A DNA stretch of 56,562 bases from an uncultured Verrucomicrobiota bacterium (GTDB taxonomy: Bacteria; Verrucomicrobiota; Verrucomicrobiia; Limisphaerales; J093): assembly GCA_964396005.1 (NCBI GenBank), contig CAYNCT010000004.1, forward strand, positions 1-56,562. The letters run 5' to 3'. Positions 18,240-28,307 of this stretch are shown here, piece by piece. The number at the start of each line of letters is the position of its first letter. Position 1 is the stretch's first letter. The translations under genes and the position numbers were made by a program. The notes below the pieces were generated by a model that made no database searches, had not been told where the DNA came from, and saw only the letters and a program-made list of their open reading frames with translations.

Positions 18240-19600
18240 CGGGATTCTTCTGCCGCCCCCTGCCTCGCGACGCAAGCCGGCGCGAGGATCGCGTCCCGCA
18301 TGCCGTGAATGATCTTCTTGTCAGCGGGACACAGCGTGACAAGCACGCCGCCCAGCCGCGCCCGCGCCGCATCGCCTTCGCCGCTCACGAAGTAGTACGG
18401 ACACAACCGCGCGCGCGCCGGCAGGGGAACCAGCGCGTCGCGGTCGAAGTCGTAGTACTCGGCGGCAACGGTGCACGGCTTGTGGTACCGCTGAAGCACG
18501 TACGGCGAGGTGGGAAAGGCGCGGAGCGCCTCGTCCACGGCCGCGCTCCAGTCCGCCTGCGAGACATCGCTGCCGAGCGTGACACTGCGCGCACCCCAGG
18601 CGGTCGCGTGAAAGCCGGAGATTTTCAGGACCAGTTCGCGCTCGCGCTGGGACAGGGCCTTGAGCTGCTGCCAGTCGGTCAGATGCAACTGCGGAATGGC
18701 CGCGTGCGGCGGTAGCGGCGCGGGGTCCACGACCCAGGTGTAAGGCACATGCCGCCAGAGGCGTTGCAGGAAACCCTCGCCCAGGTGCTGGTGCCAGAAA
18801 CCGCGAAGATTGCGGTTCCACAACAGGGCCAACAGCAGCTTCTCCTCGAAGATCGGCTTGGGCGGTGGGGTGAGGCGGACGCGCCGTTCGGCTGCCAGTT
18901 CCAGAAGACGCGGCGCGCAGGGCACCTGGGCCAGGTCAAACAGCTCGAAAAAGCGGTACACTGCGTCGTCGTCGGCGAACTCCGTGTCCCGGGCATCCTG
19001 AACGGAAAAACGCGAGCCCAGCCGCGAAGCGAGCCATTCCATCTCGGGACGGTACGCTGCCGATTCCTCGGACACGATGATCCGCACCCGCGGCGCATCG
19101 CCGAAGATGCTCGCAAATCCATCCAGCATGCCTTGTTCGCCGCCGATCACCTCCCGGCCGGAGCCGCGAACTTCGGGCTGGTGGTAAGCGACATTCAGCC
19201 ACGCCGTAAGGCCGATCCCGCCCGGTACAAAGTCCAGTTCGCTGATCGCAAAGCCGTCTTCAGTGAGCAAGATGTCTGGCCGCAGCACGCGCGGCAGATC
19301 GTTCTTGAACGTGGGATGCCGCTGGAGCGCGACCAAATCGGGCGGCTTACCCCGATCCAAAAGTCCGGCCACCCACGCGGGCTGCCGTCCGTCAATGCTC
19401 TGCCGATAGAGCAGGTTCACCGCCCGGTAGAACTGGAGCAGGACGCGGCCGAGCGACTCCAATTCGCTGGCAAGCCGGGCATCCAACGCGAACGGCTGCG
19501 GGGCCACCCGCCACTCCTGATCGGCGAAGAGACCGCCTGCGGGCAGCGCCCGGCGGATAGCTTCCGCAGCGGCGCGCGCGGAGAATTCGCTCGTCCTCAA
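18236..19600 (-). CDS. Conserved hypothetical protein, ATP-grasp/glutathionylspermidine-synthase-like
   Basis: VLRPDILLTEDGFAISELDFVPGGIG, LVLKISGFHATAWGARSV, YVLQRY. Start uncertain (TTG 19600 chosen). Fold assignment is inference. Confidence 0.7.
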   Translation of the reverse strand: MRTSEFSARAAAEAIRRALPAGGLFADQEWRVAPQPFALDARLASELESLGRVLLQFYRAVNLLYRQSIDGRQPAWVAGLLDRGKPPDLVALQRHPTFKNDLPRVLRPDILLTEDGFAISELDFVPGGIGLTAWLNVAYHQPEVRGSGREVIGGEQGMLDGFASIFGDAPRVRIIVSEESAAYRPEMEWLASRLGSRFSVQDARDTEFADDDAVYRFFELFDLAQVPCAPRLLELAAERRVRLTPPPKPIFEEKLLLALLWNRNLRGFWHQHLGEGFLQRLWRHVPYTWVVDPAPLPPHAAIPQLHLTDWQQLKALSQRERELVLKISGFHATAWGARSVTLGSDVSQADWSAAVDEALRAFPTSPYVLQRYHKPCTVAAEYYDFDRDALVPLPARARLCPYYFVSGEGDAARARLGGVLVTLCPADKKIIHGMRDAILAPACVARQGAAEESR

Positions 19601-19949
19601 GACGCTTTGCCCCCTGTCGCCTGCGGTACCGAGGTTCCGACCGACTCGCGAACCGCCGTGGCTTCCCGGCCGTTGCCCCGCCCGCCGCGACGACACGGTG
19701 CCGGACGGGACACCCGCCCCCCGGGCACCAGCGACGCGAAGCAGTGCTGGCGCCGCCCACCGCGCGGGCGTCGGCGCATGGCGTTCTGGCGGCTCGATGC
19801 CTTGACCTCGCTGGCACACGTATCGCCCGAGTTCCCCGTTGGCAGATCATGCTCCCCACTGACGAAGTCCGCTGGTGCGGCTGTTTCCATCCGCGGCAAC
19901 CTATGGAATTCGCGCTGGTTGACAAGCCGCGGCGCGTCGGCTGCGCCCG

Positions 19950-19980
19950 GCCCGGCGAGCGCGAGCCGCTCGCACCGGGC
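19950..19980. terminator. Hairpin directly after the priA stop
   Basis: GCCCGG-CGAGCG-cgagc-CGCTCG-ca-CCGGGC; no clear U-tract. Confidence 0.35.
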
Positions 19981-22200
19981 TCACGCCAGGTTTGCGGGAT
20001 CCACGTCAATCGTGAGCGTGAGGTCTTCCGGCAGCGCGAACTCCTGCTGGAGCCAGTTCAACTCGCGGCTCAGGCGTGGCATCTGCCGGGTTCGCAGCAT
20101 GATCTGGTAGCGGTAAAAGGTCTCCGCCCGCAGCAGCGGCGCCGGTCCGGGGCCCGCGAGGACGAGGTGCTTCCACCCGGCCAGACGTCGCTCCAGTTCG
20201 CGGCGCAGGTGCTCGACCGTGAACTTGACCTTGTCTTCATTGCGCCCCTTCAGGGTGAGCAGCGCGACCCGGCTGTGGGGCGGGTATTGGAGCTGTTGCC
20301 GAAACTCGATCTCCTGCTCGTAAAACCCGATAAAATCGTGCCGCCGCGCATATTGGATCGCCGGGTGAAACGGCGTGAACGATTGAACCACAACTTCGCC
20401 CTCCACGTCGCCCCGGCCCGCCCGTCCGGCCACCTGGGTGAGGAGTTGGAAGGTCCGTTCGCCCGCCCGAAAATCCGGCACGTGCAGTCCGAGGTCGGCG
20501 TGGATGATGCCCACCAGCGTCACGTTGGGGAAGTGCAGGCCCTTGGCGATCATCTGCGTGCCGACGAGGATGTCGATCCGGCCTGCCCGAAAATCACCAA
20601 GGATGCGCCGGTAATCCTCCTTGCGCTGAAGCACGTCCGAGTCCATCCGCTGGATCCGCGCGTGAGGGAAAAGTTTCGCCAGCGTTTCTTCGACGCGTTG
20701 CGTTCCGATCCCCGCGTAGCGGATGCCCGGATTGCGGCACTTGGGGTCGGGACACACCGCCGGGGCGGTCGCTTCGTAGCCGCAGATGTGGCAGCAGAGA
20801 CGTTGTTTGGCGCGATGAAAGGTCAGCGCGATGCTGCAGTTCGGGCAACCCGCCACGTAGCCGCAGTGCGGGCATTGCAGCGAGGTCGAGTAGCCGCGCC
20901 GGTTCAGAAACAGGATGACCTGCTCGCGCCGTTCAAGCCGCAACCGGATCGCGTCGCGCAACTGCGGCGAAAAGATGGCCAGCCCCTTGTCCTTGCGGGC
21001 CTCGGCGCGCAGGTCCACAACCCGCACCACGGGCATCTTCTGGTCATCCACGCGGGTGGGCAGCTCGAGCAGCGTGTACTTGCCCTGCTTCGCGTTGAAG
21101 TAGCTCTCCAGCGAGGGCGTGGCCGAGCCGAGCACGACCACCGCGCCCTCCCGCTGACCGCGCAGGACCGCCACGTCCCGCGCGTGGTAGCGCGGAGCTT
21201 CCTCCTGCTTGTACGAGTGCTCGTGCTCCTCGTCCACGATGATCAGCCCCAGCGGCTCGACCGGCGCGAAAATCGCCGAGCGCGCGCCGATGACGATGCG
21301 CGCCCGGCCCTGCCGAATCTTGTGCCATTCGTCGTGCCGTTCCCCGGCGGACAGGTGGCTGTGCAGCACGGCGACAAGCGTGCGCAGCGGGCCCGCGCAA
21401 AAGCGGGACTTGAACCGCTCGACCGTCTGCGGGGTGAGCGAGATCTCGGGCACCAGCACAATCGCTCCCCGGTTCATTTCCAGGCAGCGGGTCAACGCCT
21501 GAAGATACACCTCGGTCTTGCCGCTGCCGGTAACGCCATGCAACAGAAACGTCCCGGCGCCGGCGCCCGGCGCGAGGGCGGTGGTGATCGCCTCGAGGGC
21601 GCGCGCCTGCTCCGCGTTGAGTTGCAGCGCGGTGCTTGGCAGGAACTGTTCGTGGGCGTACGGGTCCCGCTCGGACACCTGGGGGGCAATCGTAATCAAC
21701 CCCTTGTCCTCGAGACGCCGCACCGTCTCGGCGGTGGCCCCCGTCAGGCGAAGCAACTCCTGGAGCGATATGTCCCGCCATTCCTCGACCACATGCCAAA
21801 CCTCCGCCTGGCGGGGAGTCAGCTTGGGCAGTTCGCCCGCCGGCGGATGCGCCCGCACGTACAATCGCTCGCGCCAACCGGCGTCCTCGCGCCGCACCGC
21901 TTCCGGCAGCACGCTCTTGAGCGCCGTCTCGACTGGACAGCAATAGTACTCCGCGATCCAGCGGGCCAGCGCGAGCACCTGCGGTGTAATGAGACTGGGG
22001 CGACCGACCAGCTTGCTGATGGGTCGCAGGTTGGTCTGCGGCGACTCCGTCAGCAGGGCCGTCACACACCCGAGGACCTGCCGGGCCCCGAACGGCACCT
22101 TCACCCGCGTGCCGACCGCTACTTGCGACTCGAGCTCCGGCGGCACGACGTAATCGAACTCCTTGCGGAGCGCGATTTCGAGCGTGACGCGGGCAATCAT
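19981..22200 (-). CDS. priA: Primosomal protein N' (helicase)
   Basis: LHGVTGSGKTEVY, IVDEEHE, four CxxC pairs, LVGTQMIAKGLHFP, QVAGRAGR. Confidence 0.97.
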   Translation of the reverse strand: MIARVTLEIALRKEFDYVVPPELESQVAVGTRVKVPFGARQVLGCVTALLTESPQTNLRPISKLVGRPSLITPQVLALARWIAEYYCCPVETALKSVLPEAVRREDAGWRERLYVRAHPPAGELPKLTPRQAEVWHVVEEWRDISLQELLRLTGATAETVRRLEDKGLITIAPQVSERDPYAHEQFLPSTALQLNAEQARALEAITTALAPGAGAGTFLLHGVTGSGKTEVYLQALTRCLEMNRGAIVLVPEISLTPQTVERFKSRFCAGPLRTLVAVLHSHLSAGERHDEWHKIRQGRARIVIGARSAIFAPVEPLGLIIVDEEHEHSYKQEEAPRYHARDVAVLRGQREGAVVVLGSATPSLESYFNAKQGKYTLLELPTRVDDQKMPVVRVVDLRAEARKDKGLAIFSPQLRDAIRLRLERREQVILFLNRRGYSTSLQCPHCGYVAGCPNCSIALTFHRAKQRLCCHICGYEATAPAVCPDPKCRNPGIRYAGIGTQRVEETLAKLFPHARIQRMDSDVLQRKEDYRRILGDFRAGRIDILVGTQMIAKGLHFPNVTLVGIIHADLGLHVPDFRAGERTFQLLTQVAGRAGRGDVEGEVVVQSFTPFHPAIQYARRHDFIGFYEQEIEFRQQLQYPPHSRVALLTLKGRNEDKVKFTVEHLRRELERRLAGWKHLVLAGPGPAPLLRAETFYRYQIMLRTRQMPRLSRELNWLQQEFALPEDLTLTIDVDPANLA

Positions 22201-22209
22201 GGCGGACCG

Positions 22210-22238
22210 AGCGTCGGCACCGTCCGCGCCAGCGTCAA
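22210..22238 (-). promoter_or_regulatory. Candidate priA promoter with a very short leader
   Basis: TTGACG-N17-GACGCT-N9-ATG. Confidence 0.45.
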
Positions 22239-22338
22239 GGCACGCGCCGGTGAAAAGTCACGGGGGCCCCGACGCCGCTTGGCCGGCCCGCTTGAAAGCC
22301 GCTTGCGCCCACCAGCCCCGGCGCAGACTTTCCCCGGT

Positions 22339-23223
22339 GTGAGTGCTCCGACACCCTTGGCCATCATCCACGCCGGGAACCAGCGCCAGGCGATGGACTG
22401 GAGCCTCGTGCTCATCAGCCAGGACATCGAGGTCGTGATCGAAGAGCTGCCGGAGCACGGCTGGGTGCTGCTGGTGCCGCCGGCGGATCACGCCCGCGCC
22501 GCACGGGCCATTGCCCTCTACTGCCACGAGAACCGCCGCTGGGGCTGGCGCCAGACGCTCCGGCTGCCGGAGTTCACCTTCCATTGGGGCGTGGTGTTCT
22601 GGTGTCTCGGCGTCATTTTTCTCCACGGGTTGAGCGCCGGCTCGCTGGGGCGTCTGGTACTCGTCGGCGCCATGAACGATCAGGTGGCGACGACCGGGCA
22701 ATGGTGGCGGCTGTTCACCGCGCAATGCTTGCACGCGGACGTGGGCCATCTGGCGGCCAACCTGAGCTCGGGCTTCGTGCTCCTGGGGCTGGCGATGGCT
22801 CGTTTCGGGCCGGGACCGGTCATGCTGGGCATCCTGCTCGCCGGCGGGCTGGGCAACCTGGCCAGCCATTGGGTCCACGCGCACCGGTACGTCGGTCTGG
22901 GGGCGTCCGGCATGGTAATGGGCGCGCTGGGGATGCTCGCGGCCCACTTGGTCGGCGTGCTGCGACACCATCCCCGGGCGTGGCGGGTGGTGCTGGGCAG
23001 CTTCGCCGGCGGGGCCTTCCTGTTCATCTTCACCGGCCTCAATCCGGCGAGCGATGTCGTGGCCCATACCGGGGGATTTGTCGCGGGTCTGGCCGCGGGC
23101 GCTGCTCTGGCGTGGCTGCCGGAGCGGTGGTTGCAGGCGGACTGGTTTCGCCACGGCTGCGGGGCCTGCGCGCTGTTGGTGCTTGCCACGTCGTGGGGAC
23201 TGGCGCTATCCGGCTGGCCGTGA
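22339..23223 (+). CDS. Rhomboid family intramembrane serine protease with N-terminal soluble domain
   Basis: WWRLFTAQCLHADVGHLAAN, GASG, AHTGG. Only the C-terminal part of the 19744-23223 ORF is real. Start GTG 22339 or ATG 22393. Confidence 0.88.
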   Translation: MSAPTPLAIIHAGNQRQAMDWSLVLISQDIEVVIEELPEHGWVLLVPPADHARAARAIALYCHENRRWGWRQTLRLPEFTFHWGVVFWCLGVIFLHGLSAGSLGRLVLVGAMNDQVATTGQWWRLFTAQCLHADVGHLAANLSSGFVLLGLAMARFGPGPVMLGILLAGGLGNLASHWVHAHRYVGLGASGMVMGALGMLAAHLVGVLRHHPRAWRVVLGSFAGGAFLFIFTGLNPASDVVAHTGGFVAGLAAGAALAWLPERWLQADWFRHGCGACALLVLATSWGLALSGWP

Positions 23224-24272
23224 AAACGAATTTCGCACCTTGGCGGCCGGGGCTGTTGAGCGTGGCGCTGCTCCTCTGTCTGGCCGGGGCCGCGGCGACC
23301 CCGCGCGGAACCGAATTCAAGTCCTGGTCCAACTTTCGGTCCTGGCAGCGCAGCCTGGGCCCCAACGGAGAAACCGTGCTGACCTCGCCGGTCCTTCGGA
23401 CCGCCATCGCGTGGGACGAGTTGATCGCCTCGTGGAACGCCACGACGCCCGGCGGCACGGGACTGCGCATCGAGGCCCGGGCGCTGTATCCGGATCGCGA
23501 AACGAAGTGGTATCTCCTGGGACTCTGGTCGGAAGAGGGACGCCGATTCCCCCGGACCAGCGTGCGGAATCAGCAGGACGCCGACGGCGAGGTTGCGACG
23601 GACATCCTCCGCTTGACCCAATCGGCCCGACGGGTGCAGGTGCGGGTGGCGTTGGTCCCCAACGGCTGGGAGCAGCCCACGCTGCGTTACCTCGCGATTT
23701 CCCTCTGGTCACGGGCGGCCTCCCAACCTCAGCTCACCCCGAATCGCCGGGCGTGGGGAGTGACACTCGACGTGCCCAACCTGTTGCAGGGCGATTATCC
23801 GGGCGGCCAGGATTCCTGGTGCAGCCCAACCAGCACGGCCATGGTCCTCGCGTACTGGAGCCGCGAACGCAAGCGGCCCGACTGGCTGCGGTCGGTGCCG
23901 GAAGTGGCGGCGGGCGTGATGGATCCCGGCTGGCCGGGCACTGGCAACTGGTCGTTCAACGTCGCCTACGTGGGCGCGCTGCCCGGTTTGCGCGCGTCTG
24001 TCACCCGCTTCCCGGACGTCTCAGAACTGGAGGCTCACATCGCCCGCGGCGTGCCGGTGGTGGTTTCGCTGAACTACGACGTGCTGCGACAGAAGCCGCC
24101 CGGCCGCGACGCTGGCCACTTGATGGTATTGGTGGGGTTCACGGGAGCGGGCGACCCCATTCTCAACGATCCGGGCAGCCGCGAGCACCAGCGCCGCGCC
24201 TACGCGCGCCTGGACTTCATCAAGGCGTGGGATTACTCGCGCCGGACCGTGTACATCATCCGGCCGGAATGA
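23220..24272 (+). CDS. Secreted peptidase C39-like (papain-fold) protein
   Basis: Signal peptide MKTNFAPWRPGLLSVALLLCLAGAAA; QDSWCSPTS (Cys), GHLMVLVG (His), LNDPG (Asp). GTGA overlap with the rhomboid. Confidence 0.85.
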   Translation: MKTNFAPWRPGLLSVALLLCLAGAAATPRGTEFKSWSNFRSWQRSLGPNGETVLTSPVLRTAIAWDELIASWNATTPGGTGLRIEARALYPDRETKWYLLGLWSEEGRRFPRTSVRNQQDADGEVATDILRLTQSARRVQVRVALVPNGWEQPTLRYLAISLWSRAASQPQLTPNRRAWGVTLDVPNLLQGDYPGGQDSWCSPTSTAMVLAYWSRERKRPDWLRSVPEVAAGVMDPGWPGTGNWSFNVAYVGALPGLRASVTRFPDVSELEAHIARGVPVVVSLNYDVLRQKPPGRDAGHLMVLVGFTGAGDPILNDPGSREHQRRAYARLDFIKAWDYSRRTVYIIRPE

Positions 24273-24405
24273 GACGCGGGCCCGACGGGGCGCCCGACGG
24301 TTGGCCGCGGCTCCGGCTCCTGGGAGGCGGCCGTCACTTCTGCCGCAAGCGCAACGGCGCCCAGCGCCGCGCCGTCCGCCGATCCGCGCCGGCGGAAATG
24401 AGTTG

Positions 24406-25509
24406 CTACTCGATCGCCGGCGGCTGGTGAGGCAGCCCGTGCGCCTCGGCCACCGCGCGGCAGGTGATGCGGCCGGCCTGCACGTTCACCCCGCCGAGCA
24501 ACTCAGGATGCCGGCGACAAGCGCCCGCGAGGCCATAATCCGCCAGAGCCTCGACGTAGGGATAGGTGACGTTGGTGAGCGCCTGCGTGGCCGTCCGCGC
24601 GTAGGCGCCGGGCATGTTCGTCACACAGTAGTGAACCACGCCCTCTTCGACGAAGACCGGCGCGTCGTGGGTCGTCGGACGCGAGGTTTCAGCGCAACCG
24701 CCCTGATCAATGGCGATGTCCACCAGGACGCTGCCGGGCCGCATGCGCCGCAACATCTCGCGGCGGATGAGCTTGGGCGCCCGGGCGCCGGGAACCAGGA
24801 CCGCGCCGATCAGCAGGTCCACACCCGGCAGCAGGTCCAGCAAGTGCGCCTCGCTCGAGTAGAGCGTGTGGGCGGTGTGCAACGTGATGTCCAGAAACCG
24901 CATCCGCTCCAGGTCCACCTCCAGAATGGTGACGTCCGCCCCCAACCCGGTGGCCATGCGGGCGGCATTGATGCCCGAGGCGCCTCCGCCCAGAACCACG
25001 ACCCGCCCCGGCAGCACGCCGGGGACGCCGCCCAGCAGTGTCCCGCTGCCGCCGCAATGCTTGGCCAGAAAATACGCGCCGACGTAAATGGACATGCGGC
25101 CGGCGATTTCGCTCATCGGTTCCAGCAACGGCAGCCGGCCCTTCACCTCCACCGTCTCGTAGGCGATCCCCGTGGCGCCCGCCGCCAGCAGTCCTTCCGT
25201 GAGCGCGCGGTCCGGCGCGAGGTGCAAGTAGGTGAACAAGAGATGTCCCGGCCGCAAGAGCGCCAGCTCCGGCGGCTGCGGTTCCTTGACCTTGACGATG
25301 AGTTCCGCGCGGTCGAACACCTGCCGGTGGTCCTCTACGAGCACCGCCCCCGCCGCCCGGTAGTCCTCGTCCGGAAAGCCCGCTCCGGCCCCGGCTCCCT
25401 GCTCGACCACAACCTGATGTCCCCGGCGAACCAACTGGTACGCGGCGGACGGCAGCAGGCCGACCCGGAACTCCTTGGCTTTGTTCTCTCGTGGAACGCC
25501 GATAATCAT
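24406..25509 (-). CDS. ald: Alanine dehydrogenase
   Basis: IGVPRENK..EFRV, VKVKEP, FTYLHLA, PMSEIAGR, DIAIDQGGC, NMPGAY. Confidence 0.97.
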   Translation of the reverse strand: MIIGVPRENKAKEFRVGLLPSAAYQLVRRGHQVVVEQGAGAGAGFPDEDYRAAGAVLVEDHRQVFDRAELIVKVKEPQPPELALLRPGHLLFTYLHLAPDRALTEGLLAAGATGIAYETVEVKGRLPLLEPMSEIAGRMSIYVGAYFLAKHCGGSGTLLGGVPGVLPGRVVVLGGGASGINAARMATGLGADVTILEVDLERMRFLDITLHTAHTLYSSEAHLLDLLPGVDLLIGAVLVPGARAPKLIRREMLRRMRPGSVLVDIAIDQGGCAETSRPTTHDAPVFVEEGVVHYCVTNMPGAYARTATQALTNVTYPYVEALADYGLAGACRRHPELLGGVNVQAGRITCRAVAEAHGLPHQPPAIE

Positions 25510-25602
25510 GTGAAAGGGGTGATTCGAGGTCGCCGACCGGCCCGCTCCGTCGTCGGATTACCGGCCGAACGGATGTTCTGGTTGCGCAGATGAAGAATTG
25601 AG

Positions 25603-25676
25603 TGGAGCGGGTGAAGGGAATCGAACCCTCGTCTCAGGCTTGGGAAGCCCACGTTCTACCATTGAACCACACCCGC
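25603..25676 (-). tRNA. tRNA-Gly(CCC), CCA encoded
   Basis: GCGGGTG TG GTTC AATGGTA GAAC G TGGGC TT CCC AA GCCTG AGAC GAGGG TTCGATT CCCTT CACCCGC T CCA folds into a full cloverleaf. Confidence 0.97.
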
Positions 25677-25794
25677 TACCGACAGCGGGAGGAAACCCCA
25701 AACCCACCGGCTTGGCAAGCCTCCTCCCGCGGCGCCCAACCCGCGCACCAAACGGGGCGGCAGCCCGGCTGAAAGGGCCGCGGAGCGGTCCCGC

Positions 25795-26769
25795 TCAGAA
25801 CAGCGGACTGACAAGAATGCCGATGATGCTCAGGGGCCCCTGGTCCTCGAGCGTCTCGGTGGCCTTGTCCACTTTTTGCAGCGTGAGCGTCGCGTTCTTC
25901 AGGAACGCGTCCTCATTCACCAGCGATCCCACCGTCCCGTGGCCGCGGTTGACCTTCTGCAGAATTTCCCGGAGGTTCACGACGGCTTCCGTGGCTTCGT
26001 CGTAAAGTTTGGGGTCGGTGGTCAGTCGGCCGAGGGTGCCCTGACCGGCGCGCACGCCTGCCACGATCGCTTTGCCATCCGCCACTACGGAGCGCACGTC
26101 CTCGGCGGTGGAATTGAGGTTGGTCACGGTGCTCAACGCGGACGCATACAGTTCGTCGCTCCGCACCAGCCGGCCAATGGTGCCCTGGCCCGAGGCAATC
26201 TGAGCGACCGTGGTGTCGGCGTTGGTGAGGATGTTGAGGATCAGCGGCTTGCCTTCGCGCACCAGGTCCGTGAGCGGCATCAGGATCTCGTCAATCTTCA
26301 CGTCGCTCAAATTGCCGGTGATCTTTTTGATGTCGCTGGCCACACCGTCGAGCTTGCTGATCAGTTCGTTGACGTCCTGCGGGTCCACGGTCTGCAGCAG
26401 AGCGCCATCCTTGAGCAGTTCGCCGCGGGACGTGCCGAAATCCACCGCCACGTAGTTCTGGCCGAGCAGCCCGCTGAACTTGATGGTGGCGATGCTGTCG
26501 GTCCGGATCCGCGCGCTGCGATCCGTGATCTTCAGGTGTACCACCAGGCGGTCGTCGTCGAACTGGATGTCGCGCACCCGGCCCACCTCCTTGCCGGCCA
26601 TCTTGACCGGATCCCCCGGTTTGAGCTCCTGGACGTTGCGGAAGCGCGCCTGGAGTTGCAGGCCCCGCCGGAACAGGTCGGCCCCGCCAACCCATTCCAC
26701 AAGGATGGCGGCCGCAATCAGGGCCAGCGCGAAGAAGATGCCCAGCTTGGTTTCAAGGGTGTTTTTCAT
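25795..26769 (-). CDS. mlaD: MCE/MlaD family protein with long helical C-terminal extension
   Basis: TM anchor; MCE domain (ELKPGDPVKMAGKEVGRV, SGLLGQNYVAV); three G-x-G-T-[ILV]-G-x-L repeats in the helical tail. Confidence 0.9.
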   Translation of the reverse strand: MKNTLETKLGIFFALALIAAAILVEWVGGADLFRRGLQLQARFRNVQELKPGDPVKMAGKEVGRVRDIQFDDDRLVVHLKITDRSARIRTDSIATIKFSGLLGQNYVAVDFGTSRGELLKDGALLQTVDPQDVNELISKLDGVASDIKKITGNLSDVKIDEILMPLTDLVREGKPLILNILTNADTTVAQIASGQGTIGRLVRSDELYASALSTVTNLNSTAEDVRSVVADGKAIVAGVRAGQGTLGRLTTDPKLYDEATEAVVNLREILQKVNRGHGTVGSLVNEDAFLKNATLTLQKVDKATETLEDQGPLSIIGILVSPLF

Positions 26770-27535
26770 TTCGGTCAGCGGGTTGGAACTGGAAATTGGC
26801 GCTCAGAAATTCTTGCAGGAGTGGATGGGTGGTCTGCCGGATCTCGGCCGGCGTCCCCAGGGCGACCATTTGTCCGTCACTCATCAAGGCGATGCGGTCG
26901 GCGATGCCGAAGGCCAGATCGCGATCGTGCGTGACCACGACGCTGGTCACCCGCATGCGGCGGTTGAGCTTGAGGATCTCCTCGCCGACCGTGACCGCCA
27001 TGAGCGGGTCCAGTTCGCTGGTGGGCTCGTCGTACAGGATCAACTGGGGCTCGCTCACCAGAGCGCGGGCAATCGAAGCCCGCTTCTTCATGCCCCCGGA
27101 AAGCTCGCCCGGCATCTTGTCAGCGGCGTCGCGCAAACCGACCAACGCCAGCTTTTCGTCCACGACCCGGGCGATCGCGTCGGGCGGCCTGAGCCGGTGC
27201 TCGCTCAAGTACAAGCCGACGTTTTCACCCACTGTCAGCGAATTGAGCAGGGCCCCGGACTGGAAGACCATCGCCATGCGGTGCCGGTCCAGGACGCCGT
27301 CGGCGTGAATCGGCTCGCCTTCGATGAGAATCTCGCCGGCGTCGGGCGTGAGCAGTCCGATCAGGTGCTTGAGCAGGACCGTTTTACCGCAACCGCTGGG
27401 GCCCATGATGACGAAGAGCTCGCCGCGACGGACTTCGAAATCAATGCCCTTGAGCACCTCCTGTCCACCCAGGGTCTTGCGCAGGCCGCGGACACGGATG
27501 CTGACGCCATCGGTTGGGAGGGGGGCGGCGCTCAT
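26753..27535 (-). CDS. mlaF: MlaF/Mkl-type ABC ATPase
   Basis: GPSGCGKT, FQSGALLNS, LSGGMKKR, LYDEPT, VTHD. Start moved to ATG 27535. Confidence 0.93.
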   Translation of the reverse strand: MSAAPLPTDGVSIRVRGLRKTLGGQEVLKGIDFEVRRGELFVIMGPSGCGKTVLLKHLIGLLTPDAGEILIEGEPIHADGVLDRHRMAMVFQSGALLNSLTVGENVGLYLSEHRLRPPDAIARVVDEKLALVGLRDAADKMPGELSGGMKKRASIARALVSEPQLILYDEPTSELDPLMAVTVGEEILKLNRRMRVTSVVVTHDRDLAFGIADRIALMSDGQMVALGTPAEIRQTTHPLLQEFLSANFQFQPADRNEKHP

Positions 27536-28278
27536 CAGTCGAGGTGCATCAACACCCGGGTCAGGAAGTAGTCCAGAACGAGGATTAGGATGATCGAGTT
27601 CACGACCGCCTTGGTCACCGAGCGGCCGATGCCGCGCGGGCCGCCAATGGTGGTCAGGCCCTGCTGGCAGGAGACGATCCCAATCACGACGGCAAAGACC
27701 AAGCTCTTGGCCAGGCCGTTGATCAGGTCCATGACGCCGATGCCGCCGCGCAGGCTGTTGAAATACGCCTCCATCGAGAGCGAGATTTGGTAGTTGGCCG
27801 CCGCCACCAGCGCGCCCCCGATCCAGCCCACCAGCACCGAGAAGAGCACCAAAATCGGCAGCGCCACACAAATGGCCAGCAGGCGGGGAAGCACCAGAAA
27901 GCGGACAGGACTGATGTTCATCGTCCTCAGCGCATCAATTTCCTGGTACACGGTCATGGAGCCGATCTCGGCCGCCATCGCCGATCCGATGCGGCCGGCG
28001 ATCAACACCGCCATCATCACCGGGGCGAGTTCCCGGCACATCGAAAGCCCGACAATCTGCCCCAAAAAGCTCACCAGCCCCCGCTCCGCCAGCGTGGGGC
28101 CGGTCTGCAACGCCAGCACGCCACCGATGAACAGCGAGAGAATGCACGCCATCAACAGGCTGGCGTTGCCAATCTCGAAAAGCTGCTCGGCCACCTTGCG
28201 GCGCTGATGCCAGGCCTGGTCCAGCGACCGCAAGGTCCGCCACAGCAACATCAGCATTTGGCCCAGGTTCTCGAACAT
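27535..28278 (-). CDS. mlaE: MlaE family ABC permease
   Basis: RELAPV, GRIGSAMAAEIGSM...QEIDAL..M, GPRGIGRSVTKAVV. Start ATG 28278. Confidence 0.93.
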   Translation of the reverse strand: MFENLGQMLMLLWRTLRSLDQAWHQRRKVAEQLFEIGNASLLMACILSLFIGGVLALQTGPTLAERGLVSFLGQIVGLSMCRELAPVMMAVLIAGRIGSAMAAEIGSMTVYQEIDALRTMNISPVRFLVLPRLLAICVALPILVLFSVLVGWIGGALVAAANYQISLSMEAYFNSLRGGIGVMDLINGLAKSLVFAVVIGIVSCQQGLTTIGGPRGIGRSVTKAVVNSIILILVLDYFLTRVLMHLD

Positions 28279-28307
28279 GCTCGTGGAATGGCTTTTCCCT
28301 CCGGCGC

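Noticed and set aside
19744-23223. 1159-aa plus-strand ORF as one giant protein
   Set aside because: The first ~865 codons are antisense to priA. Only the rhomboid portion from 22339 looks like a real protein.
25510-25795. tRNA-Gly as an integration site for an island
   Set aside because: I saw no integrase and no duplicated tRNA 3' end, and the flanking genes are housekeeping.
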